Under the pieces are notes generated by a model. That model was not told where the DNA came from and searched no databases. It saw only the letters and a program-made list of their open reading frames with translations. Made by a program: the position numbers and the translations under genes. Shown here piece after piece: positions 21,204-30,985 of a stretch of 64,000 bases of DNA. The DNA comes from an uncultured Candidatus Saccharibacteria bacterium (GTDB lineage Bacteria; Patescibacteriota; Doudnabacteria; UBA920): positions 553,797-617,796 of the forward strand of contig CAZVXT010000001.1 in the NCBI GenBank assembly GCA_964631145.1, written 5' to 3'. The stretch's first letter is position 1, and every line of letters begins with the position of its first letter.

Positions 21204-22324
21204 AAAGAGTTAAGAATAATCTCCATTAATTTATTTTGAAAATTTTGCTTACTAAATTTTTTTGCATGACCAACCATTACTTCTTTCTTATATTTTTTTA
21301 TATCGAAGTTTAATAACACGTCGCTAAAATGATTATTATTAAAATTGTCCAACAACTCTCCTGTCTGCCCCGATATTACCGTTTCCAAACTACCAGCTTT
21401 TGCTAAGGCGATAGTGGGAGTACCACATGCAGCCGCTTCTAAAGGCATTATTCCAAAATCTTCTATTTGCGGAAAAATAAATGCTTTTGCATTTTGGTAT
21501 TCTGTTTTCAATTCTTCATCAGAAACCCTACCAAGAAATTTAATGGTTGGTCCAGCTATAGATTTTAGATATTCTCCTGCCCTACCAGTGCCCGCAACAT
21601 GCAAGTTTAAACCTAACTTATTACAAACTTTGATTACTAAATCGTGTTCTTTGTATGGCGCCAATCTTCCAGCAATCAAAAAATAATCACGGGAAGGTTG
21701 CTGAGCTGGAACAAAAAAATCTGCATCTACAAATGGATACACTACTTCTGCATTCCTACCATAAAAAGTCTTTATTCTATTTCTAACTTCTATAGAATTA
21801 GCAACAAAAGCATTAACTTTAGCAGCCACCATTAAATCCCATTTTTTTAGCCACCAAAAATAAAATCTTGCTAATGGCTTTGTAATGCTTGGTAATTCAT
21901 TTAAAGCATAATCTTCATCAGTCCATAAAAATCTTGTTGGTGTGTGGCAATAATTAACATGAACAGCTTGACCTTTATTTAAGCCTTTAATATAAGCAGA
22001 ACTCGAGCTAATAATTAGGTCGTAATTGGATAATGAATCGAGTTTTAAAGCTACAGGTATTAAAGGAAATAAAAATTGAAACCGAGGAAACAATTTATAC
22101 AGAGTTTGCAAAATACTATAAATAAAAGTTTTTGGTTTTACTTTTAGAGAATCAATAACCTTTTGCTCACCGGCTAAAGTATAAACCGGGCTATCTGGAA
22201 ATAGTTCTATGATTGCTTCAAAAACACGCTCAGCTCCTCCATACTGGGTAAATGAGTCATGTGCTAGTAAAACTTTTTTTGATAGTAACTCTTGTTTAGT
22301 AATCATCTTGTGGTTTTGTGCCAA
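21200..22324 (-). CDS. Glycosyltransferase family 4
   Basis: EDFGIMPLEAAACGTPTIA GT4-like signature; 4-nt overlap with neighbours (operon). Confidence 0.7.
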   Translation of the reverse strand: MAQNHKMITKQELLSKKVLLAHDSFTQYGGAERVFEAIIELFPDSPVYTLAGEQKVIDSLKVKPKTFIYSILQTLYKLFPRFQFLFPLIPVALKLDSLSNYDLIISSSSAYIKGLNKGQAVHVNYCHTPTRFLWTDEDYALNELPSITKPLARFYFWWLKKWDLMVAAKVNAFVANSIEVRNRIKTFYGRNAEVVYPFVDADFFVPAQQPSRDYFLIAGRLAPYKEHDLVIKVCNKLGLNLHVAGTGRAGEYLKSIAGPTIKFLGRVSDEELKTEYQNAKAFIFPQIEDFGIMPLEAAACGTPTIALAKAGSLETVISGQTGELLDNFNNNHFSDVLLNFDIKKYKKEVMVGHAKKFSKQNFQNKLMEIILNSL

Positions 22325-23738
22325 AGAATAATTGATAAAATGTTTTCACTAAAATTTTTACATCCCACCACAAGTTCCAATGTTCGATGTATAAAGTATT
22401 AAGTTTAATTTCTTCTTCAAATGGTAAATCAGGCCAAGACATTTGAGCTAATTGAGAAACTCCAAATATACCTGGCTTAATGCTAAACATTCTACGGTAA
22501 CGGTTTCGATAACGCTCCACCTCATCAATCACATGGGCGCGTGGACCAACCATACTCATATCCCCCTTCAACACATTCCAAAATTGAGGCAATTCATCCA
22601 ATTTAGATTTGCGCAAAAATCTCCCAACTCTTGTAACTCGAGGATCTTGCTTAATCTTTAAAAATGGACCTTCTGCTCCGCCACGATCATTATTTTCCCA
22701 AAGCTTAATTCGCACCGCCTCTGCATCATTACCACCATACTCATCACCCACACTAAGATGCGTATACATACTACGGAATTTATAAAAACGGAAGTCCTTA
22801 CCTCTTCCACCTCGAGGAGCTGCATATATAACCTTACCAGGGCTATCAAGCTTTATTGCAATGTAAATTGCAAGAAATATTGGGGATGTCAAAACTAAAC
22901 ATGCCCCGCTAGCTAGGATATCAAACAATCTTTTTACCACTTTTCCCCAGCCATCAAGCGGGGTATTTTTTAAGCTAATAACTGATGTTCCTCCTAACTC
23001 TATATATTCGACGCTATTTTTTTGAACATTATAAAAATTTGGAACAAAGCTAAAACCCAATCCTTTATTTCTAGCAAACTCAACCAAGTTGCTACTTTGT
23101 GCATCTGATAAAGAAGGATTAGTCTGCAAGACTTCATCAAAACCTTTCTCGTAATATAAAGCTTCTAATTTTTCTAAAACTTGGTCGCCATAATCCAATT
23201 CTGCAACGACCTTATATCCAAAAGTTTTGTCTCGAAGTCTATTTAAAATATGTTTTGATTGCTCATTAATACCGTTAACGATTATCAATCGGTGTAATCC
23301 ATAACCTCGCTTAAAAAACCACTGCTGGATTAATTTCAAAATTAACCTACCTATCCAAACAAAAACTATTGCAAACAACCAAGTTCCTAAAATAATAAAT
23401 CTAGACGGAAAAATTGTATGATCAAAGAAAAATAAAATAATTACAAACAACAGCCCTAAAGAACTACCCAAACTTATTCTTGAAATTTCAAAAATAAAAC
23501 CACGAGTTCCTTTTAAATTATATAAACCTAATAATGCATACCCTAAAATTAAAACCGGAATAATCATCAACAACACTTTTATAAATTGAAGCAAAGGTAA
23601 AGTATAAGCTACTGGACCAACTAATTGCGATTGCTGTAAATGTATTCTTAAATAAAAGGCAGCGATTCCAGCTAAAAACAAAAAAAAGACATCAGCTGGG
23701 ACAGATAATAAATTAAATACAAGTTCTGATTTCTTCAT
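22296..23738 (-). CDS. Undecaprenyl-phosphate sugar phosphotransferase (WbaP/bacterial sugar transferase family)
   Basis: N-terminal TM helices and C-terminal KLDELPQFWNVLKGDMSMVGPRA signature. Confidence 0.85.
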   Translation of the reverse strand: MKKSELVFNLLSVPADVFFLFLAGIAAFYLRIHLQQSQLVGPVAYTLPLLQFIKVLLMIIPVLILGYALLGLYNLKGTRGFIFEISRISLGSSLGLLFVIILFFFDHTIFPSRFIILGTWLFAIVFVWIGRLILKLIQQWFFKRGYGLHRLIIVNGINEQSKHILNRLRDKTFGYKVVAELDYGDQVLEKLEALYYEKGFDEVLQTNPSLSDAQSSNLVEFARNKGLGFSFVPNFYNVQKNSVEYIELGGTSVISLKNTPLDGWGKVVKRLFDILASGACLVLTSPIFLAIYIAIKLDSPGKVIYAAPRGGRGKDFRFYKFRSMYTHLSVGDEYGGNDAEAVRIKLWENNDRGGAEGPFLKIKQDPRVTRVGRFLRKSKLDELPQFWNVLKGDMSMVGPRAHVIDEVERYRNRYRRMFSIKPGIFGVSQLAQMSWPDLPFEEEIKLNTLYIEHWNLWWDVKILVKTFYQLFFGTKPQDDY

Positions 23739-23821
23739 ACTTTTATTATAGCAGTTTAAATAATTAAGAAAAAACTTAACTATTTGACAAAATGTAATAA
23801 TTTCTTTATAATTTGAAGGCT

Positions 23822-24212
23822 TTAAGCAAGTCGAGCGATTACTTCCTATTTTAGGTCATGCGCGGTAAATCCACGAATATATTTAATACTAATTACTGCT
23901 CATAATCTAAAATAGGAAGAGGAAAGTCCGAACACTTAGTTTGAAAGATTCATATGAGCTTTTAAACAATGGTAACGGGTAACACCCGTCGAGGGCAACC
24001 TTAGAGATGCGAGCAGAGACGCTGTCTTCAGCAATGAAGCAGCTTCCCAAATTTATTTGGGAAGAGCCGCTATGGCAACACAGCGGGTGAAACGGCTAAA
24101 TTCTTATCAAAGTGCAATGCCAAATTTGGTAGGCAGCACGAGATTATTGGCAACAATAATCCTAGATAGATTATCGCTTAGAAACAAAATTCGGCTTACG
24201 AGCTTGCTTAGA
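23822..24212 (+). ncRNA. rnpB: RNase P RNA (bacterial)
   Basis: GAGGAAAGUCCGAAC (P4 5' strand) and ACAAAAUUCGGCUUACGAGC (P4 3' strand) conserved blocks; P1 helix taagcaagt/gcttgctta closes the ends. Confidence 0.85.
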
Positions 24213-24294
24213 GCTAAAATAAAAACACACGAAATTTTAACATGAGTTATTTTTTTCGCGTGTTTTTAATTTACAAAATTGTTTAGGAGGAAAA

Positions 24295-24513
24295 ATGTTT
24301 GCAAAAGATTTTTATAAAACACAAACCAAGTCATCTAAAAGTTTAATTGGAAGAGAGATCTCAGTCATCCTTTCTAATACCATTGCCAGTAGTTGTGTTA
24401 TCAATGAAAAGCTACAAAACGAATTAGGAAGACAAATTAACACAATCCCCGACTCTTGTTCAGAAACAGAGAAAATGATTTATATCAATTCGGTATTAGC
24501 GTTGTTTAAATAA
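24295..24513 (+). CDS. Small hypothetical protein (72 aa)
   Basis: TAGGAGG RBS 6 nt upstream of ATG. Confidence 0.4.
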   Translation: MFAKDFYKTQTKSSKSLIGREISVILSNTIASSCVINEKLQNELGRQINTIPDSCSETEKMIYINSVLALFK

Positions 24514-24527
24514 GGAGAGAATACAAC

Positions 24528-24695
24528 ATGACAGAAGAGCTTGAGATAACAAAAATAATAGCAAGTAATAACCATTACAAACATTTTCATGCGAAAGATA
24601 GTTCTTATACACTAAAAGATCGAGTAGATGACTTCATAGAAGAAGCAAAAAAAGGTTATAAAATAATTATTACTTCGCACGCTTTTTTTTGCTGA
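24528..24695 (+). CDS. Small hypothetical protein (55 aa), below ORF-track threshold
   Basis: AAGGAGAG RBS then ATG at 24528; MTEELEITKIIASNNHYKHF… ends TGA 24693-24695. Confidence 0.3.
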   Translation: MTEELEITKIIASNNHYKHFHAKDSSYTLKDRVDDFIEEAKKGYKIIITSHAFFC

Positions 24696-24835
24696 TAAAT
24701 GCACATACCATACGGAGTATCACTTAAGCATATTCTACGATAAGATCCCCATTACAAACGGAGGAAGAAGGTTCGTTCAGTAATCAAGTTAATTGTGCGT
24801 TCTTTTGGACAGCTAAAGTTTATAAATAAAAGATA

Positions 24836-24864
24836 AAGCGGTTGAAAATCAACCGCTTTTTTAT
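24836..24864. terminator. Bidirectional intrinsic terminator downstream of uppS
   Basis: gcggttg-aaaat-caaccgc hairpin flanked by A-run and T-run. Confidence 0.6.
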
Positions 24865-25550
24865 TTGCCAAATCTTCGCTGCCTTAAACTTAATTCGTTT
24901 AATGCTAAATTAAATTCATTTTTAGTAAATTCTGGCCATAATTTTTCTGTAAAATAAAATTGACTATTAGCTGTTAGCCACATCATAAACCCAGCAGACC
25001 AATGCGGTTGCCCACCTGTACGGATGACCAAATCTACATCAGGTAGATCCCCTGTCCACAATACTTTACGCAAATCAACATTTTCTATATTACGTTTTTG
25101 CTTAAGCGCATTAATTGCAGACAGCATCTCCCTTTGACCGTCATAAACAAATAGTATAGTTAAAATGTATTTAGAAAATTTTTCGGTTTGAGAAATTATA
25201 TTTTCTATAGATTGAATGACATTTTTATCTTTAATAAAATCTCTCCACTCACCTACTAAATTAAATTTAACTTTACGCTCAATAAAACTTTTTAACAACT
25301 TAGGATTTTCTAATTCATTTGCCAAAAGCTTTAACAAAAACTCCACTTCAATTTTAGAACGTTTTTTTAAATTATCATATGAAGCTGCCCAAAAAGTAAT
25401 ATGGCTAACTTTATTATCAAATGCAGCATAAGCAATTTCCCAAAATCTCTTCACACCTTCTTCGTGACCTTGCCATGGCAAAAAATGCTGGACTTTTGCC
25501 CAGCGTCTATTGCCATCAGGAATTATTGCTATATGCTTTGAATTATCCAT
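24861..25550 (-). CDS. uppS: Undecaprenyl pyrophosphate synthase (isoprenyl transferase)
   Basis: HIAIIPDGNRRWAK catalytic motif and C-terminal RFG. Confidence 0.85.
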   Translation of the reverse strand: MDNSKHIAIIPDGNRRWAKVQHFLPWQGHEEGVKRFWEIAYAAFDNKVSHITFWAASYDNLKKRSKIEVEFLLKLLANELENPKLLKSFIERKVKFNLVGEWRDFIKDKNVIQSIENIISQTEKFSKYILTILFVYDGQREMLSAINALKQKRNIENVDLRKVLWTGDLPDVDLVIRTGGQPHWSAGFMMWLTANSQFYFTEKLWPEFTKNEFNLALNELSLRQRRFGK

Positions 25551-25974
25551 TATTTTTGTTTCTCTCAGAACTTATATCTACTTGTCTTTCTAAACGGTTT
25601 AAAATCTGTTTAATTTCTTTTAATGAAGCAAATTCTTGCTCAATTTCATCCTCAGTTTTTTCTGCTAAAACTTTTTCTTTTCTTAATCCTGAAATTAAAA
25701 TTTCATTACCTATAAAACTAGAAACAAAGACGCCAGAAAAAAGCAATATCACAAAACCAATAATAAAAGACAATGGACCGTCCCACCATAAAATATCGCT
25801 TAAGTTGATTAGAGATTCGCTTTGCACATAAATCGTAACTAGTGCATCAGCAGTATGCCAAATTCCCCGCCAAATCAAAACCACGCCAATACTAACAATA
25901 ATTCCGTATAGAAATGGATGATGACTTAAATAATAACGTATCGGATTTTCTATTTTTTCAAAAATCTTACTCAT
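25543..25974 (-). CDS. Hypothetical membrane protein, translationally coupled to uppS
   Basis: Two predicted TM helices; 8-nt overlap with uppS start. Confidence 0.45.
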   Translation of the reverse strand: MSKIFEKIENPIRYYLSHHPFLYGIIVSIGVVLIWRGIWHTADALVTIYVQSESLINLSDILWWDGPLSFIIGFVILLFSGVFVSSFIGNEILISGLRKEKVLAEKTEDEIEQEFASLKEIKQILNRLERQVDISSERNKNNG

Positions 25975-25978
25975 CTAA

Positions 25979-26473
25979 TTACTCCCAAACCTCGTCTGCA
26001 CTTGGACCATAAATTGAAGGAACCTTTCCGCCCGCAGCGCGCAAATAAGCAGCTAGTTGTCCACGATGATGAATGGTGTCAAAAAGCATACCAAGAAGAG
26101 CAGAAGATCTTGTTCCTTCATCCCCATAAAAATTAAAAGGCTTTTCTAATTCTGATTCATCTATATTGTTAAGAGCTGATAAAAATTTTTCGTTTATTTC
26201 GTCCAATATTTTTGCTCCGCCAATACCATCCTCAAAAGGTTCTACTTTTGCATAAACGTCTTTCCACTCTTCCATTTCAAGTGCCTTATCTCTACTCAAA
26301 AATAATTCTAAAGTACCGAGTTCTCCAATAATCGCAAGTGCTAAATCTTTGGCGTTTCTAGATTTTTCATCTGGCTTATAAGACATTCCTGATGCAGGTA
26401 TATTGGCAATTACTCTAGAAAAAGTTGCTAATTCTTTAGTAAAATACTTAATTAGTTCTTGTTTTGTTAACAT
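25979..26473 (-). CDS. DinB/YfiT-like (DinB_2 superfamily) protein
   Basis: C-terminal FDTIHHRGQLAAYLRAAG four-helix-bundle His motif. Confidence 0.6.
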   Translation of the reverse strand: MLTKQELIKYFTKELATFSRVIANIPASGMSYKPDEKSRNAKDLALAIIGELGTLELFLSRDKALEMEEWKDVYAKVEPFEDGIGGAKILDEINEKFLSALNNIDESELEKPFNFYGDEGTRSSALLGMLFDTIHHRGQLAAYLRAAGGKVPSIYGPSADEVWE

Positions 26474-26535
26474 AATCTATAAATTAATTATAGATACATT
26501 TTATCATTTTCCTACATTTGGGTAAAATTATTATA

Positions 26536-27306
26536 ATGAATCAAATATTGCTAATTAATAAACCTGTCGCAAAAACACCTCTAGAAGTTATTCATTTTGT
26601 TAAAGAAAAAATTAAAAAGTTTAAAAATGAAAAATTTACTTATGCTGGCAGATTAGACCCTATGGCAGAAGGTTTGCTTTTACTTTTATATGGACAAAAT
26701 TTGCACAATAAAAATAACTTTCTAAATCTTAATAAGGAATACCAAGCTCAAATCGTATTAGGAATCAACACAGATAGCTACGATGCACTTGGTCTACCAA
26801 CACTGATTAGTAAACAATGCTATGATACAGATCAAATTAAAAATAGTTTATTAAATTATATAGGAAACATTTCTTTACAACTCCCCCCTTACAGCTCAAA
26901 GCCTGTTAATGGCAAACCTTTATTCTGGTGGGCACAAAATAATAAACTAAACGATATTGAAATACCAATAGCCACCACTCAAATTTTTGATATAAAAGAT
27001 ATAAAATTTGAAGTCTTACCATTTTATATTGTTAAAGATTATATAATAAAAACTGCTTCCCAAGTAAATGGCGATTTCAGACAAACCCAAATTATTGATC
27101 ATTGGCAAAATTTTAACTTACCATCAGAACAAAAGCTACAAATTATAAACTTCACAATCTCTTGCAGTAGCGGTACTTATATTAGAAGCATTGCAAACAA
27201 AGTCGGCATAGAACTTGATAGCGGAGCATTTTTATTAAAATTAAAACGAACCAAAATTGGTCCGTATAATTTAGAGCAAGCTATAGATATAAACTTACTG
27301 AGTTAA
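26536..27306 (+). CDS. truB: tRNA pseudouridine(55) synthase
   Basis: INKPVAKTPLEV…AGRLDPMAEGLLLLLYG catalytic Asp motif; ATG at 26536 preferred over TTG 26518. Confidence 0.75.
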   Translation: MNQILLINKPVAKTPLEVIHFVKEKIKKFKNEKFTYAGRLDPMAEGLLLLLYGQNLHNKNNFLNLNKEYQAQIVLGINTDSYDALGLPTLISKQCYDTDQIKNSLLNYIGNISLQLPPYSSKPVNGKPLFWWAQNNKLNDIEIPIATTQIFDIKDIKFEVLPFYIVKDYIIKTASQVNGDFRQTQIIDHWQNFNLPSEQKLQIINFTISCSSGTYIRSIANKVGIELDSGAFLLKLKRTKIGPYNLEQAIDINLLS

Positions 27307-27669
27307 CTGCAACACATCTTGCGGTTTAATTTGTTCAATCTGCTGTGGAGATACCCCTGCACCAGAAAGAAGTGCTTTAAATAATAAATAAGTTCCCAGC
27401 ATCGATATGGTAGTAAAAATTATGCAATATAAAGCAACTCGTTTTGCATCGTCTTCAGATTTAAAATACAACCAAACTGCTATTAAATACCCCAATGGTG
27501 GAGCAAATAAAGACAGCATATAACTCCATCGTTTAATTCCGGAGCTTAAACTGTTACTATTTGCATTTGCCAAAGCATTTTCCATTAAAGCAGCTACATT
27601 GATATTTTTATCTTCTTTTATAAGCTCCTGATATTCACCTACTAAATTAGATAGTTTTTTCTCATCCAT
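27295..27669 (-). CDS. Hypothetical membrane protein
   Basis: 124-aa ORF with two hydrophobic helices. Confidence 0.4.
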   Translation of the reverse strand: MDEKKLSNLVGEYQELIKEDKNINVAALMENALANANSNSLSSGIKRWSYMLSLFAPPLGYLIAVWLYFKSEDDAKRVALYCIIFTTISMLGTYLLFKALLSGAGVSPQQIEQIKPQDVLQLTQ

Positions 27670-27673
27670 AGTT

Positions 27674-28249
27674 TTATTTTTTAATTGCTACTGTTGTTTC
27701 TTCAAATTTTTCTATAACTTCCCAAGTTGGAGAATTATTTAGCTCCTCGAAGAACTGATCACTAGTGCGGCTTGTTAAATGATTATTGCCACAAAATAAT
27801 ATACCACCATGCTTTAACAACCTTTGATAATGTGGTAAAAATTCATAGTGAATTTGAAATCCATCAAAAAAAATAAAATCAAAACTATCTTCCGGTAAGT
27901 CGCCCAACACTTCTTCTGCAACTTCGAATAAAATTGTATAGTTGCTATTTTCTGTATACTTTGAAATAAATTTCTGAGAAGACTTCCAATGCTCTTCATT
28001 TTTCTCTATAGAAATTATTTCTGCTTCAGGGCAAGTCTGTAATAGCAAAGTCGTAATAAAACCTGTACCTGTACCTATTTCTAGAATATTCTGAGGCTTG
28101 TATTTCCGGCAATAATTAACGAGCTTATTATATGATTGATAAGGATGGGCGCTGCAATTATGCTCTGCAACATGTGCCCTAGCTTGTACGAATAAATCTT
28201 CAAAATTGATCATATAATATATTTTTACATTTTTTTGAACCAATAACAA
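27674..28249 (-). CDS. Class I SAM-dependent (O-)methyltransferase
   Basis: ILEIGTGTGFITTLL motif I, FDFIFFDG motif. Confidence 0.65.
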   Translation of the reverse strand: MLLVQKNVKIYYMINFEDLFVQARAHVAEHNCSAHPYQSYNKLVNYCRKYKPQNILEIGTGTGFITTLLLQTCPEAEIISIEKNEEHWKSSQKFISKYTENSNYTILFEVAEEVLGDLPEDSFDFIFFDGFQIHYEFLPHYQRLLKHGGILFCGNNHLTSRTSDQFFEELNNSPTWEVIEKFEETTVAIKK

Positions 28250-28317
28250 TTAACCATTGATTTATTTAAGACATTTAATTATAATACCCAAACTAAAACA
28301 ATATTTTCGGAGGAAAA

Positions 28318-28899
28318 ATGAAACAAAAAGAGTACAAATTTTGTCCTTTATGTGGAAAGAACTTGCAAAACATTCTTTGCGAAAACGAATTTTATTTAGG
28401 ATGCATAGATATAATGGAGTGTGGATTTATACACTGGGATCAACCAAAATTAGTGGTAGCTGTTTTAATACCAATTTTTTCAGATAACGTGAATATAAAC
28501 ATCCCTAACCAAAATATGGTTAAGCATAATGGCATTGTTTTGATAAAAAGAAAGATACCGCCATTTCCTGGAAAATGGTGCTTACCAAGAGGTTTTGTAA
28601 AAAGGCATAGTCATCCAAAGGCAGAAGGTTCGCGAGAAGCATTAGAAGAAACTGGTTTAATCACCAGAGTAGAAAAGATTGCCGCCGTGTGCAACCCAAT
28701 GCCGGGTGAAATTAACAACATGACCATCACTTTTATTTCAAGAATTGTTGGTGGAAAACTGCAAGCTGGTGACGACGCAGCAGAAGTAGGAATTTTCGCA
28801 GATAATAATTTACCAGAGTTATGTTTTAGATCTGACAAGCAAATTATAAAAGACTGGTTTGGTGGCAGATATGGAACACTTACAGGTGAAGATTTATAA
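28318..28899 (+). CDS. NUDIX hydrolase with N-terminal zinc ribbon (NudC-like)
   Basis: CPLCGKNL…C…C ribbon then NUDIX box GKWCLPRGFVKRHSHPKAEGSREALEETGL. Confidence 0.65.
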   Translation: MKQKEYKFCPLCGKNLQNILCENEFYLGCIDIMECGFIHWDQPKLVVAVLIPIFSDNVNINIPNQNMVKHNGIVLIKRKIPPFPGKWCLPRGFVKRHSHPKAEGSREALEETGLITRVEKIAAVCNPMPGEINNMTITFISRIVGGKLQAGDDAAEVGIFADNNLPELCFRSDKQIIKDWFGGRYGTLTGEDL

Positions 28900-28939
28900 A
28901 TTAAAATAGACCAATAAGGTCTATTTATTTTTTTACAAA

Positions 28940-29344
28940 TTATTTACTAGCTGGCAAACTTTCGCATGCCTCGCCATCTTTATCACCATCTAACCTATTA
29001 GTATCTTTACTTACACCGCCTGCATTGGTAAAGAATTTTTGAGCTTCTACTTTAGTAGTAAAATCGTCACAATTATACTCGTCTGTTGGTTTGCCCTTAG
29101 AACTATCAGTAACCACATTACCCTCTTTGTCACGCAAAACTTTTGATTGCGCAACCCCTTGACCAGAAAGCAACTTGCCCAAATCCCAGTCATTATTTGT
29201 TGCCTCTAAACCCAAAGCTCCCAATAAAATTACAATAATAATTCCTACAATCCCTTTAGCAGCCTTGCGGCTCCCGCTCCCAGAAAAATCAGTCGCGCGA
29301 TCTTTAACTTTACCTACAACTTCTTTAATATCGTTTTGATTCAT
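28940..29344 (-). CDS. Excalibur calcium-binding domain protein with N-terminal membrane anchor
   Basis: C-terminal YNCDDFTTKVEAQKFF…DGDKDGEACE (DxDxDGxxCE) Excalibur signature. Confidence 0.65.
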   Translation of the reverse strand: MNQNDIKEVVGKVKDRATDFSGSGSRKAAKGIVGIIIVILLGALGLEATNNDWDLGKLLSGQGVAQSKVLRDKEGNVVTDSSKGKPTDEYNCDDFTTKVEAQKFFTNAGGVSKDTNRLDGDKDGEACESLPASK

Positions 29345-29533
29345 AAATTTAGATATAAAAATATAATGCTATAGCAATAACTAAGAGAACAATAATAACC
29401 GCTAAACGGATTTTTTTATTGCCTCGTGCTTGTTGTATATCCATGTATTTTTTTACTTAATTATTTATATTATACCATATTGACAGTATTAGAAAAACTT
29501 TATAATATATTAAGATTAATTCTAGGAGGAAGC

Positions 29534-29725
29534 ATGGACCAATCAACAATAATGCTATTGAACTTTATTTCATGGTTAATTATCTTTACATTTAAATCAG
29601 TAATAATTTATTTGGTTTTAAAAGTTACTATAAAATTAATTACTATCTTCATTGCAAAAATTGCAATGTATAGCGAAGGGTATAAAAACCGAGTAACAAG
29701 ATCAAGGGCAAATAAAATTGAATGA
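29534..29725 (+). CDS. Small membrane protein (63 aa)
   Basis: TAGGAGGAAGC RBS before ATG 29534; two hydrophobic helices. Confidence 0.4.
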   Translation: MDQSTIMLLNFISWLIIFTFKSVIIYLVLKVTIKLITIFIAKIAMYSEGYKNRVTRSRANKIE

Positions 29726-29773
29726 AAAATAAAATCGGAATTTACTTCCGATTTTTATTTAGTTTATGATTTA

Positions 29774-30280
29774 CTATTTAGCAGAGTAAATAACAACACC
29801 TTTTTCTAAAACTTCTTCAATAAAATTATTATTGCCAAATAAAGGTGTGATATTATCCCCATCCCAAAGTCCAAACAAAAATATAGATTCTCCACAATCC
29901 CAATCACTGCAACCTATCCACTGACTTTTAAATACAGACGACTTAGACCGATCCGCATTCATAGTTAGCGGATATAACATAATGTTTTCACCCGGAGCAA
30001 TGAGACCATTGCATTTAGCACAAATCAGAAAATTATTTTTAATATAATCTACTACATAAGGACCACAAAACGGACTATTTGGATTTGAAGAATACATCTT
30101 TCCTAAAATATAAACATCATACTTTTGGTTATTTTTGTGACCACATTCAAAATCTTTATACCCTGATGCTTCTATAATTTTTATATAAGCATCTGAGCAT
30201 TTTATGAATTTAGTTTCTGCCTGAGATTGACTACTAGTATGATTTTTTACACCATCATTACTTTCAATAATACCGTTCAC
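29774..30280 (-). CDS. Hypothetical Cys-rich protein
   Basis: 168-aa ORF with 11 Cys; no recognised domain. Confidence 0.4.
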   Translation of the reverse strand: MNGIIESNDGVKNHTSSQSQAETKFIKCSDAYIKIIEASGYKDFECGHKNNQKYDVYILGKMYSSNPNSPFCGPYVVDYIKNNFLICAKCNGLIAPGENIMLYPLTMNADRSKSSVFKSQWIGCSDWDCGESIFLFGLWDGDNITPLFGNNNFIEEVLEKGVVIYSAK

Positions 30281-30472
30281 ACTTTTAGATACAGTAATTT
30301 TACTTCTTAAAAATACAACTTATACATTATAATAAGCATGAATAGCATAGAAGCACTCCAATCAAATATAACATTTAAGTTTCCTCCTAAAATATTTTAA
30401 TAAAGTATATTAAAAATTGAACGTCCTGTCAATGACTCTATGTATAAAAAAACTTATTTTTCTTACGTGTTT

Positions 30473-30895
30473 TTATAACTCTTTTGACAATGATTGCAAA
30501 ACTTTAATAACAGACACAATGTCTGATGTTTTGTGACTACTAAGCAAAGCTGAGCTTAACTCAGTAGCCCTAAGCAATCCTTCTTCTAACAACCTTTTAC
30601 CACCGGAGGCTAATAATACATAACTAGCCCGAGCGTCGCGGCTATCAGATTGCTTTTTTACCATGCCAATTTTCTCCATGGGTAATAATATTCTAGTAAC
30701 CCCAGAAGCAGTTAAGCCTATCTGCTCTGCCAAATCTGTGCGACGCAATTTATTATCTTCCGCTTCAGAAAGCGCAAGCAAAATCATAAATTCAACCATA
30801 CTAAGTCCACCTAAAGAGTTATCAAACTTTCTAGTAAGAATATATTGCAATTTAAATAAGTGAAAAAAGAGTTTTATTCTATCTGATGTGTTCAT
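30473..30895 (-). CDS. MarR family transcriptional regulator
   Basis: Winged-helix region LAEQIGLTASGVTRILLPMEKIGMVKKQSDSRDARASYVLLASGGKRLL. Confidence 0.75.
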   Translation of the reverse strand: MNTSDRIKLFFHLFKLQYILTRKFDNSLGGLSMVEFMILLALSEAEDNKLRRTDLAEQIGLTASGVTRILLPMEKIGMVKKQSDSRDARASYVLLASGGKRLLEEGLLRATELSSALLSSHKTSDIVSVIKVLQSLSKEL

Positions 30896-30903
30896 ACTAT
30901 TTG

Positions 30904-30942
30904 ATTAATATTTGATATATCAAGTATATATCAAATATTAAT
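30904..30942. promoter_or_regulatory. Perfect 17-5-17 inverted repeat upstream of marR (candidate MarR operator)
   Basis: attaatatttgatatat-caagt-atatatcaaatattaat, 9 nt upstream of marR start codon. Confidence 0.5.
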
Positions 30943-30985
30943 TAGAGTCAATAGTTCTAACATTATCAATTCGATGGATCAATTC

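Noticed and set aside
24057-24245. 62-aa + ORF overlapping the RNase P RNA gene
   Set aside because: It lies entirely inside the conserved rnpB structure, has no RBS, and looks like a chance open frame in structured RNA.
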